Below are positions 19,507-28,919 of a stretch of DNA of 64,000 nt, in pieces. The DNA is from an uncultured archaeon (lineage in GTDB: Archaea > Asgardarchaeota > Thorarchaeia > Thorarchaeales > Thorarchaeaceae), in NCBI GenBank assembly GCA_964473825.1, contig CAYYQL010000008.1, forward strand, positions 35,374 to 99,373. The letters are read 5' to 3'. Under the pieces are notes generated by a model. That model was not told the DNA's origin and searched no databases. It was given only the letters and a program-made list of their open reading frames with translations. The translations under genes and the position numbers were made by a program. Each line of letters opens with the position of its first letter. Position 1 is the first letter of the stretch.

Positions 19507-20550
19507 ATGCGGGTATGCGAGGAATGTGGAAAGGCCAATCAAGACCTGCGCAAGTTCTGCATCAGGTGTGGGGCAAAGCTGGTCAAGGCTGGCAAAGCCA
19601 CTGAGATTTCGAAGCCTTCTGCTCGCGAAACGGGCAAAGTCACCACGAAGGCAACTTACGACAAGGAAGAGTCGAAGGAGCCTCCGCCTCCCTCTCACTC
19701 AGCTTCGGTTACAACAGAGGACAGATGGGTGAGACCTTCAGAAGTGTCTCGGGACCGAGTTCGCAAGATCGGAAAGAGTCGTGGGATGACGGAACTTGAG
19801 AAGGCACAAGAGGCCTTCCGCAGAGCCGAAGAGGTTGGTTTTGACGAACCAAGCTCAGGGGTTGTTGAGTCTAGGATGCTCAGAGCGAGTGATGTGAGGG
19901 GTCTGCTTGAAGAACAGGAAACAGCAGATATGCTCTCTGAAAAGACCGAAAGCAGTCACGCTGCAGGTATCTCGGAACCGATGGAATCTGACCAGATTGC
20001 ATCTGAGAGTATAGATGATGAGTCTGACGAGGCAGAGAAGAAGATACTCGGATCTCACTCGGCCATTGTCAGAGATTCTATAGATTCGAAAGAGACTGAG
20101 GAGTTATCCAAAACTCTGAGTTCAGAAGGTGAAGAGATGAGCGAGTTTCGATCAGCCAGGTATCAGGAGGTCGATGACGACACTCCTGTGATATCTGCCG
20201 TAGATAAGGACTCTGTCGGTCTAGAATACGAGGAGCTTGCCGATGCGGACGTTCAAGAAAAAAAACGGGCTCCTGTCGTCACAAGAAGCGAAGTCACTGC
20301 TGATACTCTCATTCCGTGCCCGAATTGTGGAGAAATGATAGTAGCCGACTCGTTTGATTACCCGTCTGAGGTCTACAGCGCGATGGGTCATGCTCGTCTG
20401 AAGCAGGCGCGATTCTTTGTGGTGCAGGGAAAGGACGATGAAGCGATGCGTTCGGTAAGAATAGCACGATTTCTCTTTGAGAAGTCTCAGGACGAAGGTG
20501 GACTCAAGGAGGTCTCGCGTCTTGTAGATTCGATGGCCAAGTCACGTTAG
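19507..20550 (+). CDS. zinc-ribbon protein with acidic linker and C-terminal helical domain
   Basis: CEECG...FCIRCG at the N-terminus; CPNCG near the C-terminus. Confidence 0.8.
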   Translation: MRVCEECGKANQDLRKFCIRCGAKLVKAGKATEISKPSARETGKVTTKATYDKEESKEPPPPSHSASVTTEDRWVRPSEVSRDRVRKIGKSRGMTELEKAQEAFRRAEEVGFDEPSSGVVESRMLRASDVRGLLEEQETADMLSEKTESSHAAGISEPMESDQIASESIDDESDEAEKKILGSHSAIVRDSIDSKETEELSKTLSSEGEEMSEFRSARYQEVDDDTPVISAVDKDSVGLEYEELADADVQEKKRAPVVTRSEVTADTLIPCPNCGEMIVADSFDYPSEVYSAMGHARLKQARFFVVQGKDDEAMRSVRIARFLFEKSQDEGGLKEVSRLVDSMAKSR

Positions 20551-21338
20551 GCCTCAAGCCAGAGCTTCATGAACTTCTCTCGTTCTTCAGGAAATCTTGA
20601 TGGATCCGCACACATCATGAGGAAACGTCCATCATAGTTTCGTTGCTTTAGCTGCTGGAAGATGGATTGAAAGTCTATATCCCCCTCACCAATCGGGAGA
20701 TGTTCATCATACTTGTTTGCGAGTTCTCTGATCTCCTCGCGGGACAACCTTCGCTTCTTCCGCTCTTCTAGAACCTCCTTAATCATCTTCTCGCCATGAT
20801 TGTCATGAACATTCACCATTGCTATTCGGTCAAAAAAGGAATCTACGTGGCCCAATGACCGGTTCCTATGTGCCATAATCTGCCCATGGCCAATGTCTAG
20901 GCAGAGCTTCATCGAAGGTTGTGAGTCAAACAGCAAAGTCAGTTCCGTATAATAGAGTCCAAGGGTCTCTACGGCAATTGGCACTCCGGCGTTTTCTGCT
21001 GCATGTACTGCTAGGTGTACAGCGTCTAGAAATGTGTCTATGTCCTTGTCTGTGTACATGAGGGTGGAGAGGGTGGAATGAATTGTGACAAGCTCTGCAC
21101 CAATATCTGCTGCGATGTCTATGTAGGGTACGATTTCCTGACTGAGGTCCATCGGTTTCCAGTCTGGGTGACTGGGCAAGTGGAGCGTGCAGGGAACGCC
21201 TGCATCTTCGAGGTCTTCGGTTGCTTCACTGAAGGTTATGCTGTGAGGAAAGTCCATCCGAAGGTCGATGAAGTCCGGGGAATGCTTCAATGCTTCTTTG
21301 ATCTGGCTGTTGTTACGTGCGAAGGTGCCTATCTCCAT
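20547..21338 (-). CDS. sugar phosphate isomerase/epimerase (AP endonuclease 2 TIM barrel) family
   Basis: AVET, CLDIGH, VHDN, HLPIGEGDIDF; start at MEIGTF. Confidence 0.85.
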   Translation of the reverse strand: MEIGTFARNNSQIKEALKHSPDFIDLRMDFPHSITFSEATEDLEDAGVPCTLHLPSHPDWKPMDLSQEIVPYIDIAADIGAELVTIHSTLSTLMYTDKDIDTFLDAVHLAVHAAENAGVPIAVETLGLYYTELTLLFDSQPSMKLCLDIGHGQIMAHRNRSLGHVDSFFDRIAMVNVHDNHGEKMIKEVLEERKKRRLSREEIRELANKYDEHLPIGEGDIDFQSIFQQLKQRNYDGRFLMMCADPSRFPEEREKFMKLWLEA

Positions 21339-21752
21339 TTGAAGACCCGGGTTCTCGTTGGATATGTGTCTTTTGTTACTTTTGGTACGAGTGGCTCTGT
21401 GTGAAAAGTCGACGAAGGGACAAGAATTAGAACCATTCACACTATACCGTGCACGAATCTCAAAGGCATCATCACTCTTTGTGACCATAATGATTCATGG
21501 TTGATGAGTTTTCACACAGCGCCGGTACGAGTGGTGATTTTTCATGACTCGCGTCTTCAGCGTAGAAAGCATATCGGGACTGGAGGCAGAATCAGATGTT
21601 GAGAGGACTGGCTTCAGCATGATGCCACTCTAGTTTCCTAACCTCTTCTATCTCCAAATGTACTCTGGTTCGATAGTTTTATCTGAGCATCGTACTCTAG
21701 TCAATCAACCAATGCCATCTGGAGAGTAAAACTGCTGCAACCCGCCGACTAC

Positions 21753-22268
21753 TTGTTCAAACTTGTTTTTCTGGGTGAGGGGGCGGTAGGCAAGACATCT
21801 CTGGTTGGCCGTTATGTATACGATAGCTTCGAGGGCGATTATCTGGCAACGATTGGCACGGACATACACGTCAAGACCATGGATGTCAATGATACCCGAG
21901 TCAAACTCGTGGTGTGGGACATCGCAGGCCAGAATGACTTCGCGCAGCTCAGAAAGGCTTACTACCAGAACGCTTCCGGTGCCTTTTTTGTCTTTGACAC
22001 GACACGCCCGGAAACACTTGAGCGGATTGATGAGTGGATACAAGCTCTTTACAGTGTTACCGACAAGATTCCTCTGGTGCTCATCGAGAACAAGATTGAT
22101 CTTGAGAGTAAAATGACTGACGGTCTGGCGGAGTCTGTGGCAGAACGCCATAGTCTGACGCTCATTCGAACGAGCGCCAAGGAAGACGAGAATGTGGAGC
22201 GTGCGTTTGAGAAGATGACCCGTGAGATGCTTGAGAAATCCCGAAGTAGACCCATGAAACACACTTAA
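21753..22268 (+). CDS. Rab-like small GTPase
   Basis: G1 GEGAVGKTS, G2 YLATIG, G3 WDIAGQ, G4 NKID, G5 TSAK; frame extends upstream as LQPADYLFK. Confidence 0.93.
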   Translation: MFKLVFLGEGAVGKTSLVGRYVYDSFEGDYLATIGTDIHVKTMDVNDTRVKLVVWDIAGQNDFAQLRKAYYQNASGAFFVFDTTRPETLERIDEWIQALYSVTDKIPLVLIENKIDLESKMTDGLAESVAERHSLTLIRTSAKEDENVERAFEKMTREMLEKSRSRPMKHT

Positions 22269-22291
22269 GGCCAATTCATCATTTTGATGTA

Positions 22292-22870
22292 GTGGTCTAT
22301 ATCAGAATCAGTGAGGCATCCCACTTGAAACATCGACAACATGATTATGTCCACAAGATTGTGTTCTTAGGGGACACAGCCGTTGGGAAGACTTCACTTG
22401 TTCAACGCTATGTTTACGATAGCCTCTCCGAAGAGATGGGGCGGACCATTGGTGCAATCCTACATGTGAAATCAGTTGAGATAAGGGATCTAATGAACAA
22501 ACTCGTCATCTGGGACCTTGGTGGTGGCGAGTCCTTTGCAGAGCTTCGCGAGCAATATTGTTCTGAGGCCTCCGGTGCGTTTTTCGTATTCGACCGAAAC
22601 CGTCCTGACACTCTTATGAACTACAGCAAGTGGTTGAGAGCATTACATGCAGCTGCTGGAAGTGTTCCGGTGGTGTTCGTTGAGAACAAGATTGACTTGG
22701 AGTCAGAACTGGATCCTCAGAATGTGATAGAAATCGCCGAATCGCATGCGACCCGTCTCATTCAGACATCAGCCACAGAGAATCTCAATGTTGATTTAGC
22801 TTTCAAGTACTTAGTCGAGGCCATCTTGGCCCAGGTTGAAGGGGAGGATGTCAAGGTCATAGAGTCTTAA
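22292..22870 (+). CDS. Rab-like small GTPase (paralogue)
   Basis: GDTAVGKTS, RTIG, WDLGGGE, NKID, TSAT; start may be TTG 22325. Confidence 0.92.
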   Translation: MVYIRISEASHLKHRQHDYVHKIVFLGDTAVGKTSLVQRYVYDSLSEEMGRTIGAILHVKSVEIRDLMNKLVIWDLGGGESFAELREQYCSEASGAFFVFDRNRPDTLMNYSKWLRALHAAAGSVPVVFVENKIDLESELDPQNVIEIAESHATRLIQTSATENLNVDLAFKYLVEAILAQVEGEDVKVIES

Positions 22871-23556
22871 TGAGGCCCTATCTCTGTTTCTTGTTTCTTA
22901 TAGGCGAGACCTAACTTCTTGCGTTCACCTGTCACCGTGTAATATGCTCTCTCAGCTATCGCAAATGCTTGGTCAGCCGCTCGTTCACAATATCTACCAA
23001 TTATCACATAGAACATTGACATGGCTTCGATATTGTCCATCTTTTTGAGAAACTCTGCAATCTCCTCGAACATCTCAGCAGTTTCACGGTCACTCTCAGC
23101 CTCCAGCTTCTCAAGTTCATCAAGCTCTGATAGATCCTTTTCAACCAAGGCCTTCATAGCGATGTCTAGAGTTGACTTTGCAAGCTCGGCTAGATAGGGC
23201 AATGACTCGAGTTCCTTGTAGTGGTCCAGACCATTGCAGAGTTTGGTGATGTAAGCAATCTTGTACGCATAGCGCCCCACTCGATGCAGGTGGTGAGCAA
23301 CGTGGCTGTATGTTGCCAGAGCTCTGAGGTCGCTTGCGACCGGTTGTCTTCTTGCTATTGTTTCGAAGACATTGCTCTCAATCCTGTTTGCGAGCTCCTC
23401 TATGTCGTCTACTTGTTCTTGAACCGCAGTGGCGGCGTCTTCGTCAAGGTCCTCAAAGGACTTCATCGAGTCGGTCAGCGCCTTGCTTGCCAACTCATGC
23501 ATTCTTTCCAGTCTTTTGACAATCTCTTCCATATAGAACTCAAGTTGCGATCTCAT
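22867..23556 (-). CDS. phoU: phosphate signalling protein PhoU
   Basis: ARRQPVASDLR, ERAADQA; last gene of the pst operon. Confidence 0.9.
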   Translation of the reverse strand: MRSQLEFYMEEIVKRLERMHELASKALTDSMKSFEDLDEDAATAVQEQVDDIEELANRIESNVFETIARRQPVASDLRALATYSHVAHHLHRVGRYAYKIAYITKLCNGLDHYKELESLPYLAELAKSTLDIAMKALVEKDLSELDELEKLEAESDRETAEMFEEIAEFLKKMDNIEAMSMFYVIIGRYCERAADQAFAIAERAYYTVTGERKKLGLAYKKQETEIGPH

Positions 23557-23566
23557 GACTTCACCT

Positions 23567-24328
23567 CTAACCTATTCGACCTGTAATGAAGGCTTCTGTT
23601 CTTGGGTCACTTGGTGCTTCAGCTATTCTCGAAGTCTTGTCGAACTCGACGAGCTCACCAAGATAAAGAAAAGCTGCACGATCAGATACTCGAAATGCCT
23701 GTTGCACGTTGTGGGTTACAAGAATGATTGTGTAGTCCTTCTTCAGCTCCACAATCAGGTCTTCTATTTTGGCTGCGCTCAAGGGGTCCAGTGACGAGAC
23801 AGGTTCATCCATCAATAACACCGGTGGATCGACACTCAGAGCGCGTGCGATGCAGAGTCTCTGCTGTTGCCCTCCTGATAGCGTTGTTCCCGGTTGGTCT
23901 AGATTGTGACACACCTCATCCCAGAGTGCTGCCTTCTTGAGGGTGGTTTCCACAATCTCCTCCAGTTTCTCGTTGTCGGTAATCCCATGAAGTTTCGGTC
24001 CGAATGTGAGGTTGTCCTTGACGCTCATCGGGAACGGGTTCGGCCTTTGAAATATCATGCCCACTCTTTTCCTAAGATTGTACACGTCGGCTGTGGGATC
24101 ATAGATGTTCTTTCCCTCGATGAGAATCTTCCCGGTCATGCTGAAGCTGCCAACCGTGTCATTGAGTCTATTGATGGTTCTCAAAAATGTAGATTTTCCG
24201 CACCCCGAGGGCCCCATGACCCCCGTTACGCAGTTGTCTTCGAAGTAGCATGTTATGTCTTTGAGTATATGCTTTCGCCCAAACCATGTGTTCAGGTTCT
24301 TGACTTCAATCTTAGTTTCTTCAGCCAT
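23567..24328 (-). CDS. pstB: phosphate ABC transporter ATP-binding protein
   Basis: GPSGCGKST, FQRPNPFPMS, LSGGQQQRLCIARAL. Confidence 0.96.
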   Translation of the reverse strand: MAEETKIEVKNLNTWFGRKHILKDITCYFEDNCVTGVMGPSGCGKSTFLRTINRLNDTVGSFSMTGKILIEGKNIYDPTADVYNLRKRVGMIFQRPNPFPMSVKDNLTFGPKLHGITDNEKLEEIVETTLKKAALWDEVCHNLDQPGTTLSGGQQQRLCIARALSVDPPVLLMDEPVSSLDPLSAAKIEDLIVELKKDYTIILVTHNVQQAFRVSDRAAFLYLGELVEFDKTSRIAEAPSDPRTEAFITGRIG

Positions 24329-24331
24329 CTT

Positions 24332-25324
24332 TCAGACCAATCTCCTAGTAATCTTCCTTGAGATGAAGTTCGCAATGAGGTCGATGAACAGGACCATCCC
24401 CATGAGGGTGAGTGCTGTGGCCTGTGCCTTGACGTTGACGTAGTTTCGTGGATCACTGATGTAGCTCCACACAGTGTAGGGCATCGATGCTACCCAAGAA
24501 GCTGGTCCACTGACGCCTGTTGGGAGTCCCAGATTATTGCCAGATGTGAATATGAGTGGAGCAGTTTCGCCCATCACCCTTCCCATTGCCAAGAGGACAC
24601 CAGTGATGATACCCGGAAACGCCGCGCGAATAGTGATCTTCCAGGTGGTTGTCCATTTTGTGGCTCCTAGGGCCAGGGATGCCTCCCTCAACGACATGGG
24701 CACTTGCCTGAGAGCTTCTTGAGTTGTTCGCAAGACAGTCGGTATCATCATGAAGGAGAGTGTGAGCCCACCGGCTAGCATCCCCATTCCCATCTTGAGA
24801 TGAATAACTAGAAATGTGAACCCGAATGCGCCGAAGACAATACTGGGTATGCCCGCAAGCACATCAGCGGCGAACTCAACGGAGCTTCGAACGAGTCCCG
24901 GCTGAGCATATTCTGTGATGTAGATTGCCCCAAGAACACTGAGGGGAACTCCAACAAGTATGGCCAACGCAATGAGGTAGGTTGTCCCCGCAATTGCGTT
25001 GAGTATGCCTCCTTCCAACCCTGGTCCAGGGGTGCTAAAGAAGAAGTCTAAGCCCTCACCAGGACCAGAACCTAAGAACACTTCGAGTCCCACAGATCCC
25101 ACTTGAATCAGAATCAAGAAGAAGGGTGCACAGACGATGAGTACCGCGAGTATGAGCGCAATCCTAAATATGAGATCCTTGAGGTCGCGTCTTGAGTTGA
25201 TTGCAGTTTGTCGCTTGATCCATCTTGCAAACTGAGTCAGCATATCTGTCTTTGGGATGGCGAACCTATAGTCCTTGTACGCCTTTTCTCTATCAAGATG
25301 GAGTGATGCGTCTCGTTCGTCCAT
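24332..25324 (-). CDS. pstA: phosphate ABC transporter permease
   Basis: GGILNAIAGT, LAGIPSIVFG, REASLALGATKW, GETAPL. Confidence 0.94.
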   Translation of the reverse strand: MDERDASLHLDREKAYKDYRFAIPKTDMLTQFARWIKRQTAINSRRDLKDLIFRIALILAVLIVCAPFFLILIQVGSVGLEVFLGSGPGEGLDFFFSTPGPGLEGGILNAIAGTTYLIALAILVGVPLSVLGAIYITEYAQPGLVRSSVEFAADVLAGIPSIVFGAFGFTFLVIHLKMGMGMLAGGLTLSFMMIPTVLRTTQEALRQVPMSLREASLALGATKWTTTWKITIRAAFPGIITGVLLAMGRVMGETAPLIFTSGNNLGLPTGVSGPASWVASMPYTVWSYISDPRNYVNVKAQATALTLMGMVLFIDLIANFISRKITRRLV

Positions 25325-25336
25325 TACTCTTCCCTC

Positions 25337-26395
25337 CTATTCCATTCCACGAGTTCTCATCCCCCACTTGATGATCAGCTTGGCTGCAGCTGTAAAGAGT
25401 ATGGACATGAGCATCAGAGTCAGTGCAACTGCAAATAGGGCAGAACGCCAGAGCTCATATGTGTACGCATAGCCAAGCTGGTTTGCGATAATCGAAGTCA
25501 TGACGTACACTGGGTCAAAGAGCGAATATGCGATTTGGAACGAGTTGCCTGTGACCATGAGTACCGCCATGGTTTCACCCACAGCCCTTCCAAGAGAAAG
25601 TATCACTGCTGCTCCGATTCCTGGGATTGCAGCTGACAAGACAATGCTTCTAGCGGTTTCTCCAGTTGTTGCGCCGAGGGCTAAAGATGCCTCCCGGTAT
25701 GATTTTGGCACTGACCTAAGTGCGTCATCAGAAACAGCGACAACCGTAGGCAGGAGCATGATTGCCAGAATGATTCCTCCAGCCAGTAGACCTAGACCAT
25801 TGGACTGCCCGCTAAACCACGGCATCCAAGCGGTGAGAGGATTCGATTGGACTGCGAGAGCAAATTCATACTTGATAAAAGGCACAAGAACAACATATGC
25901 CCAGAGACCGTACACGATAGACGGGATTGCAGCCATCATCTCCACAATCATCCGCAGCCCCGTTCTAATTCCGTGTGGGCAGAACTCGCTCAAGAAGATG
26001 GCTGCGCCAATACCAAGTGGCACTGCCATTGCTATTGCAAGGAATGTACACATAAACGAGCCCATGATGAAGATGGCGATTCCATAGAGGTTGCGATTGG
26101 GATCCCACGTTGTTTCAAAGATAATGCTAGGTCCACCTTCCGGACTCGTGAGTATCGGCACTGATTCGTACCATAAGAAAGTTAGCACAAGGATGATGAC
26201 ACCAATGCTGGCTATGGCCGGGATGAACAGCCCGAAGCGTCCCAGTAAATCAACTCTTGCTCCTCCCCTTGCAGTTCTCACTTCATCTATGAAACACCTC
26301 ACCGATATCTTCAGACTCTCAATGCTCTTTCTGAATCTGTTTTGTGCTTTATCAGTCAGTCTTGGTCCTTGATGCTTGCATTGTTGACCGTTCAT
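25337..26395 (-). CDS. pstC: phosphate ABC transporter permease
   Basis: AAIPSIVYGLW, REASLALGAT, GRAVGETMAV. Confidence 0.94.
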   Translation of the reverse strand: MNGQQCKHQGPRLTDKAQNRFRKSIESLKISVRCFIDEVRTARGGARVDLLGRFGLFIPAIASIGVIILVLTFLWYESVPILTSPEGGPSIIFETTWDPNRNLYGIAIFIMGSFMCTFLAIAMAVPLGIGAAIFLSEFCPHGIRTGLRMIVEMMAAIPSIVYGLWAYVVLVPFIKYEFALAVQSNPLTAWMPWFSGQSNGLGLLAGGIILAIMLLPTVVAVSDDALRSVPKSYREASLALGATTGETARSIVLSAAIPGIGAAVILSLGRAVGETMAVLMVTGNSFQIAYSLFDPVYVMTSIIANQLGYAYTYELWRSALFAVALTLMLMSILFTAAAKLIIKWGMRTRGME

Positions 26396-26468
26396 TGGCT
26401 TTTCACCATTTTTGTTGTTTTCTGCGAATTAAAAGTCCGACGCTTGTGCGGGTCAGAAATATTGGGGT

Positions 26469-26490
26469 GGAAGTGCCTTGCGGCACTTCC
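26469..26490. other. perfect 9-bp hairpin between pstS and pstC
   Basis: GGAAGTGCC-TTGC-GGCACTTCC just downstream of the pstS stop; typical position for an mRNA-stabilising or attenuating stem. Confidence 0.6.
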
Positions 26491-26503
26491 GGGAAGGAGT
26501 AAA

Positions 26504-27559
26504 CTATGAAGATGGGGCAAGACTGCCCACAGCTTCTAAAGAGTAAGCCATTGCCGATGTTCCACCGATTGGAACATAGCCAACATCAGCGATATACTGC
26601 TGACCGATGCTTAGAACCCAGTAGAGGTAGGTGAGTGTCTGCCAATTCAGGTTGTCCTTGTTGACCATGTAGAACAAGAGTCTGGCAATGGGAAAGGCAC
26701 CAGCTCTATCTGAATTCATCAGGTTTGCACCTGGATCGCTCAGTGTATCTGGTAGTGCTTTTAGAGCATTCTCAAGAGTGGGCTCAATCCATTCCTCGTT
26801 CCCCGGGTTGTAGAGAACAACTTGGGTTAGGTCGTCCATGAAGGCTAGGCCTACATATCCGATTCCGTTTTCATCGTTCTTAACACCTGATGCAACGCCC
26901 GGGTTACCTTCCACGGCATTACTGCCGGCAATCCACGAAATGGATTCCTTGTGTCCAAGACCCCACTCGTACTCTGCTCCGTTTGGATTCGTATTCTCAT
27001 CTGCCTTCTCGAGCCAAGTGGCAAACGTGGCAGTTGTGCCGCTAGCATCTGAGCGAACATAGACGTTGATGTCACCTGTCTGCTGGATTGTGACACCGAA
27101 GGTGGTTTCGAAATCCTCCCAGGTAGTGACATTTCTCTGAAATACTGCAACAGCCATGTCGCAATCCATCTTGAAGGTAGATCCATTAACTGAAGGATGT
27201 GCAACGATTCCAAGGGCATCTGCGCTTACCGGGATTATCTCAACATGCGTATTCGCAGTCCGATAAGTGCTATCAGGATACGAGCTTGTGGCACCAATGT
27301 CTATCAACCCATCTGCAACTTGTGATTGGCCCAAGCCGGAGCCTCCAGTGCCTGGTGTTACAGTGAACGAGGGCATATCAGCATGGAACTGACTCGCCCA
27401 CTCCTGTGATAGCGGATACACTGTTGTGGAACCTGCTGTAGAGATGGTGTAAGTCTCAGTCTCTGCGCCTGTTCCTGGATTCAGGATCCACATTGCACCA
27501 GCTCCGATGAGTAGTCCAATGATGATTCCGACAATGATTGACGTTTTTGAATCTGTCAT
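26504..27559 (-). CDS. pstS: phosphate ABC transporter substrate-binding protein
   Basis: AGSTTVYP, GGSGLG, RSDASGT, IGYV; N-terminal membrane anchor. Confidence 0.94.
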   Translation of the reverse strand: MTDSKTSIIVGIIIGLLIGAGAMWILNPGTGAETETYTISTAGSTTVYPLSQEWASQFHADMPSFTVTPGTGGSGLGQSQVADGLIDIGATSSYPDSTYRTANTHVEIIPVSADALGIVAHPSVNGSTFKMDCDMAVAVFQRNVTTWEDFETTFGVTIQQTGDINVYVRSDASGTTATFATWLEKADENTNPNGAEYEWGLGHKESISWIAGSNAVEGNPGVASGVKNDENGIGYVGLAFMDDLTQVVLYNPGNEEWIEPTLENALKALPDTLSDPGANLMNSDRAGAFPIARLLFYMVNKDNLNWQTLTYLYWVLSIGQQYIADVGYVPIGGTSAMAYSLEAVGSLAPSS

Positions 27560-27645
27560 TCTTGTTTCTCCATATTCTTTGGTGTCGTCGCAGTGGGCTC
27601 ACTATTTGAGTTAGGCCCATGAGATGCATGTGCGGTAAATGACTG

Positions 27646-27832
27646 CATATGCTACATATGCACATGCTGTAAATAGGAGAGTTCTCTTGCCAGTGATGGC
27701 CAAAGGGAGCAAAAATCGGAGCTATAGCGCTCGTGCGTCTCCCCGATCTGAATGAATAGCGCCTTTGAAGTTTCAATGAGAGTTCATGTTCATTCACATG
27801 AAGTGTGCATTAACTTCATATGTAATCATATG
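27646..27832. promoter_or_regulatory. clustered CA(T/C)ATG boxes in the pstS/regulator divergent promoter
   Basis: CATATG at 27646, 27655, 27817, 27827; CACATG at 27661, 27795. Confidence 0.5.
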
Positions 27833-27854
27833 CGAAATAGGCAAGTGCATTTGA

Positions 27855-28868
27855 ATGATTGTCACACGGAAGCTGAATCAAGTAAGGAACTCTTTCTATG
27901 TCTACCTCCCTCGTGCTTGGTGTGACAAGTTCCACCTAAACAAGGATTCTGAAGTGCGGATTGGTGAAACAGAAGAGGGTCTCTTGACCGTTTTCCCCCC
28001 GGAATATGAAACGAGGACCGGCGGGAATCTAAGCATAACCATGGAGAACACGAGCAAAGATCGCGTTGAAAGCATCTTGACTGGAGCCTATATTGTCGGG
28101 GCCAGCGATGTCGAGATTAGTTTCTCTGGCAACTTAGATATGGAAACCCGGGAGCGAATCAGCAAGTGGATTCGAAGACTTCCTGGATTTGAAGTTCTGG
28201 ACGAGCATAGTAGTAGCCTTGACATAAGCGACACCAGTGAGAAACAGGTGATAATCCCAGTTCTAAGGAGGCAGTTCGCAACCACCAAGTACATGCTCAG
28301 TGTTCTTATCAGTGCAACAAAGACGCGAGATCTTGAGGATAGTCGCCGCCTTGAGGAACGCGATGAGGATGTAGACCGTCATCGATATTTTGTCGAGAGG
28401 TTATGTCACCTTGCACTTCAGGATTCTGCCTATGCAAGAAAGATCGACGTGACTCCTTCAGACTGCCTGCATTTCAGCTTGGCTGCCAAGTACATCGAAC
28501 GAATCGCAGACCACATCTGCGGTGCTGCAGCTCAACTAGAAAATGCTGGACGACTCCCGTCTAAGATTGAGAAGGCCTGTCGGGAAACAGGGGATGCCTA
28601 TGAAGAGATGATGAAGGCCTTCTTCAGTGTCGAGAGCCATGGGCGGAAGAACCTCGACGTATATGCTGAAGACAATGAGGGTTTCGAGGCGCTCAAGAGG
28701 GCTAACTCTCTCGTTAACCGTTTCGCGGACTTCGAGTCTGCCAACAAAGGAGTGAAGCCTGAACATGTTCTGTTGGTCATGCACTTTGGCAGAATTGCAT
28801 CCTACTGTGCAGATATCGGAGAGGTTGGAATCAACAGAATAGTGAGCGCACAGATTGCAGGCCAGTGA
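27855..28868 (+). CDS. archaeal phosphate uptake regulator (AbrB DNA-binding domain plus PhoU domains)
   Basis: RKLNQVRNSFYVYLPRAW (AbrB), GAYIVG, DEDVDR, IERIADH; divergent from pstS. Confidence 0.88.
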   Translation: MIVTRKLNQVRNSFYVYLPRAWCDKFHLNKDSEVRIGETEEGLLTVFPPEYETRTGGNLSITMENTSKDRVESILTGAYIVGASDVEISFSGNLDMETRERISKWIRRLPGFEVLDEHSSSLDISDTSEKQVIIPVLRRQFATTKYMLSVLISATKTRDLEDSRRLEERDEDVDRHRYFVERLCHLALQDSAYARKIDVTPSDCLHFSLAAKYIERIADHICGAAAQLENAGRLPSKIEKACRETGDAYEEMMKAFFSVESHGRKNLDVYAEDNEGFEALKRANSLVNRFADFESANKGVKPEHVLLVMHFGRIASYCADIGEVGINRIVSAQIAGQ

Positions 28869-28919
28869 GTTGGCCTTTCCGAGAACACTCTTATCCTCCT
28901 TTCTCTAACTCGTTATCAG

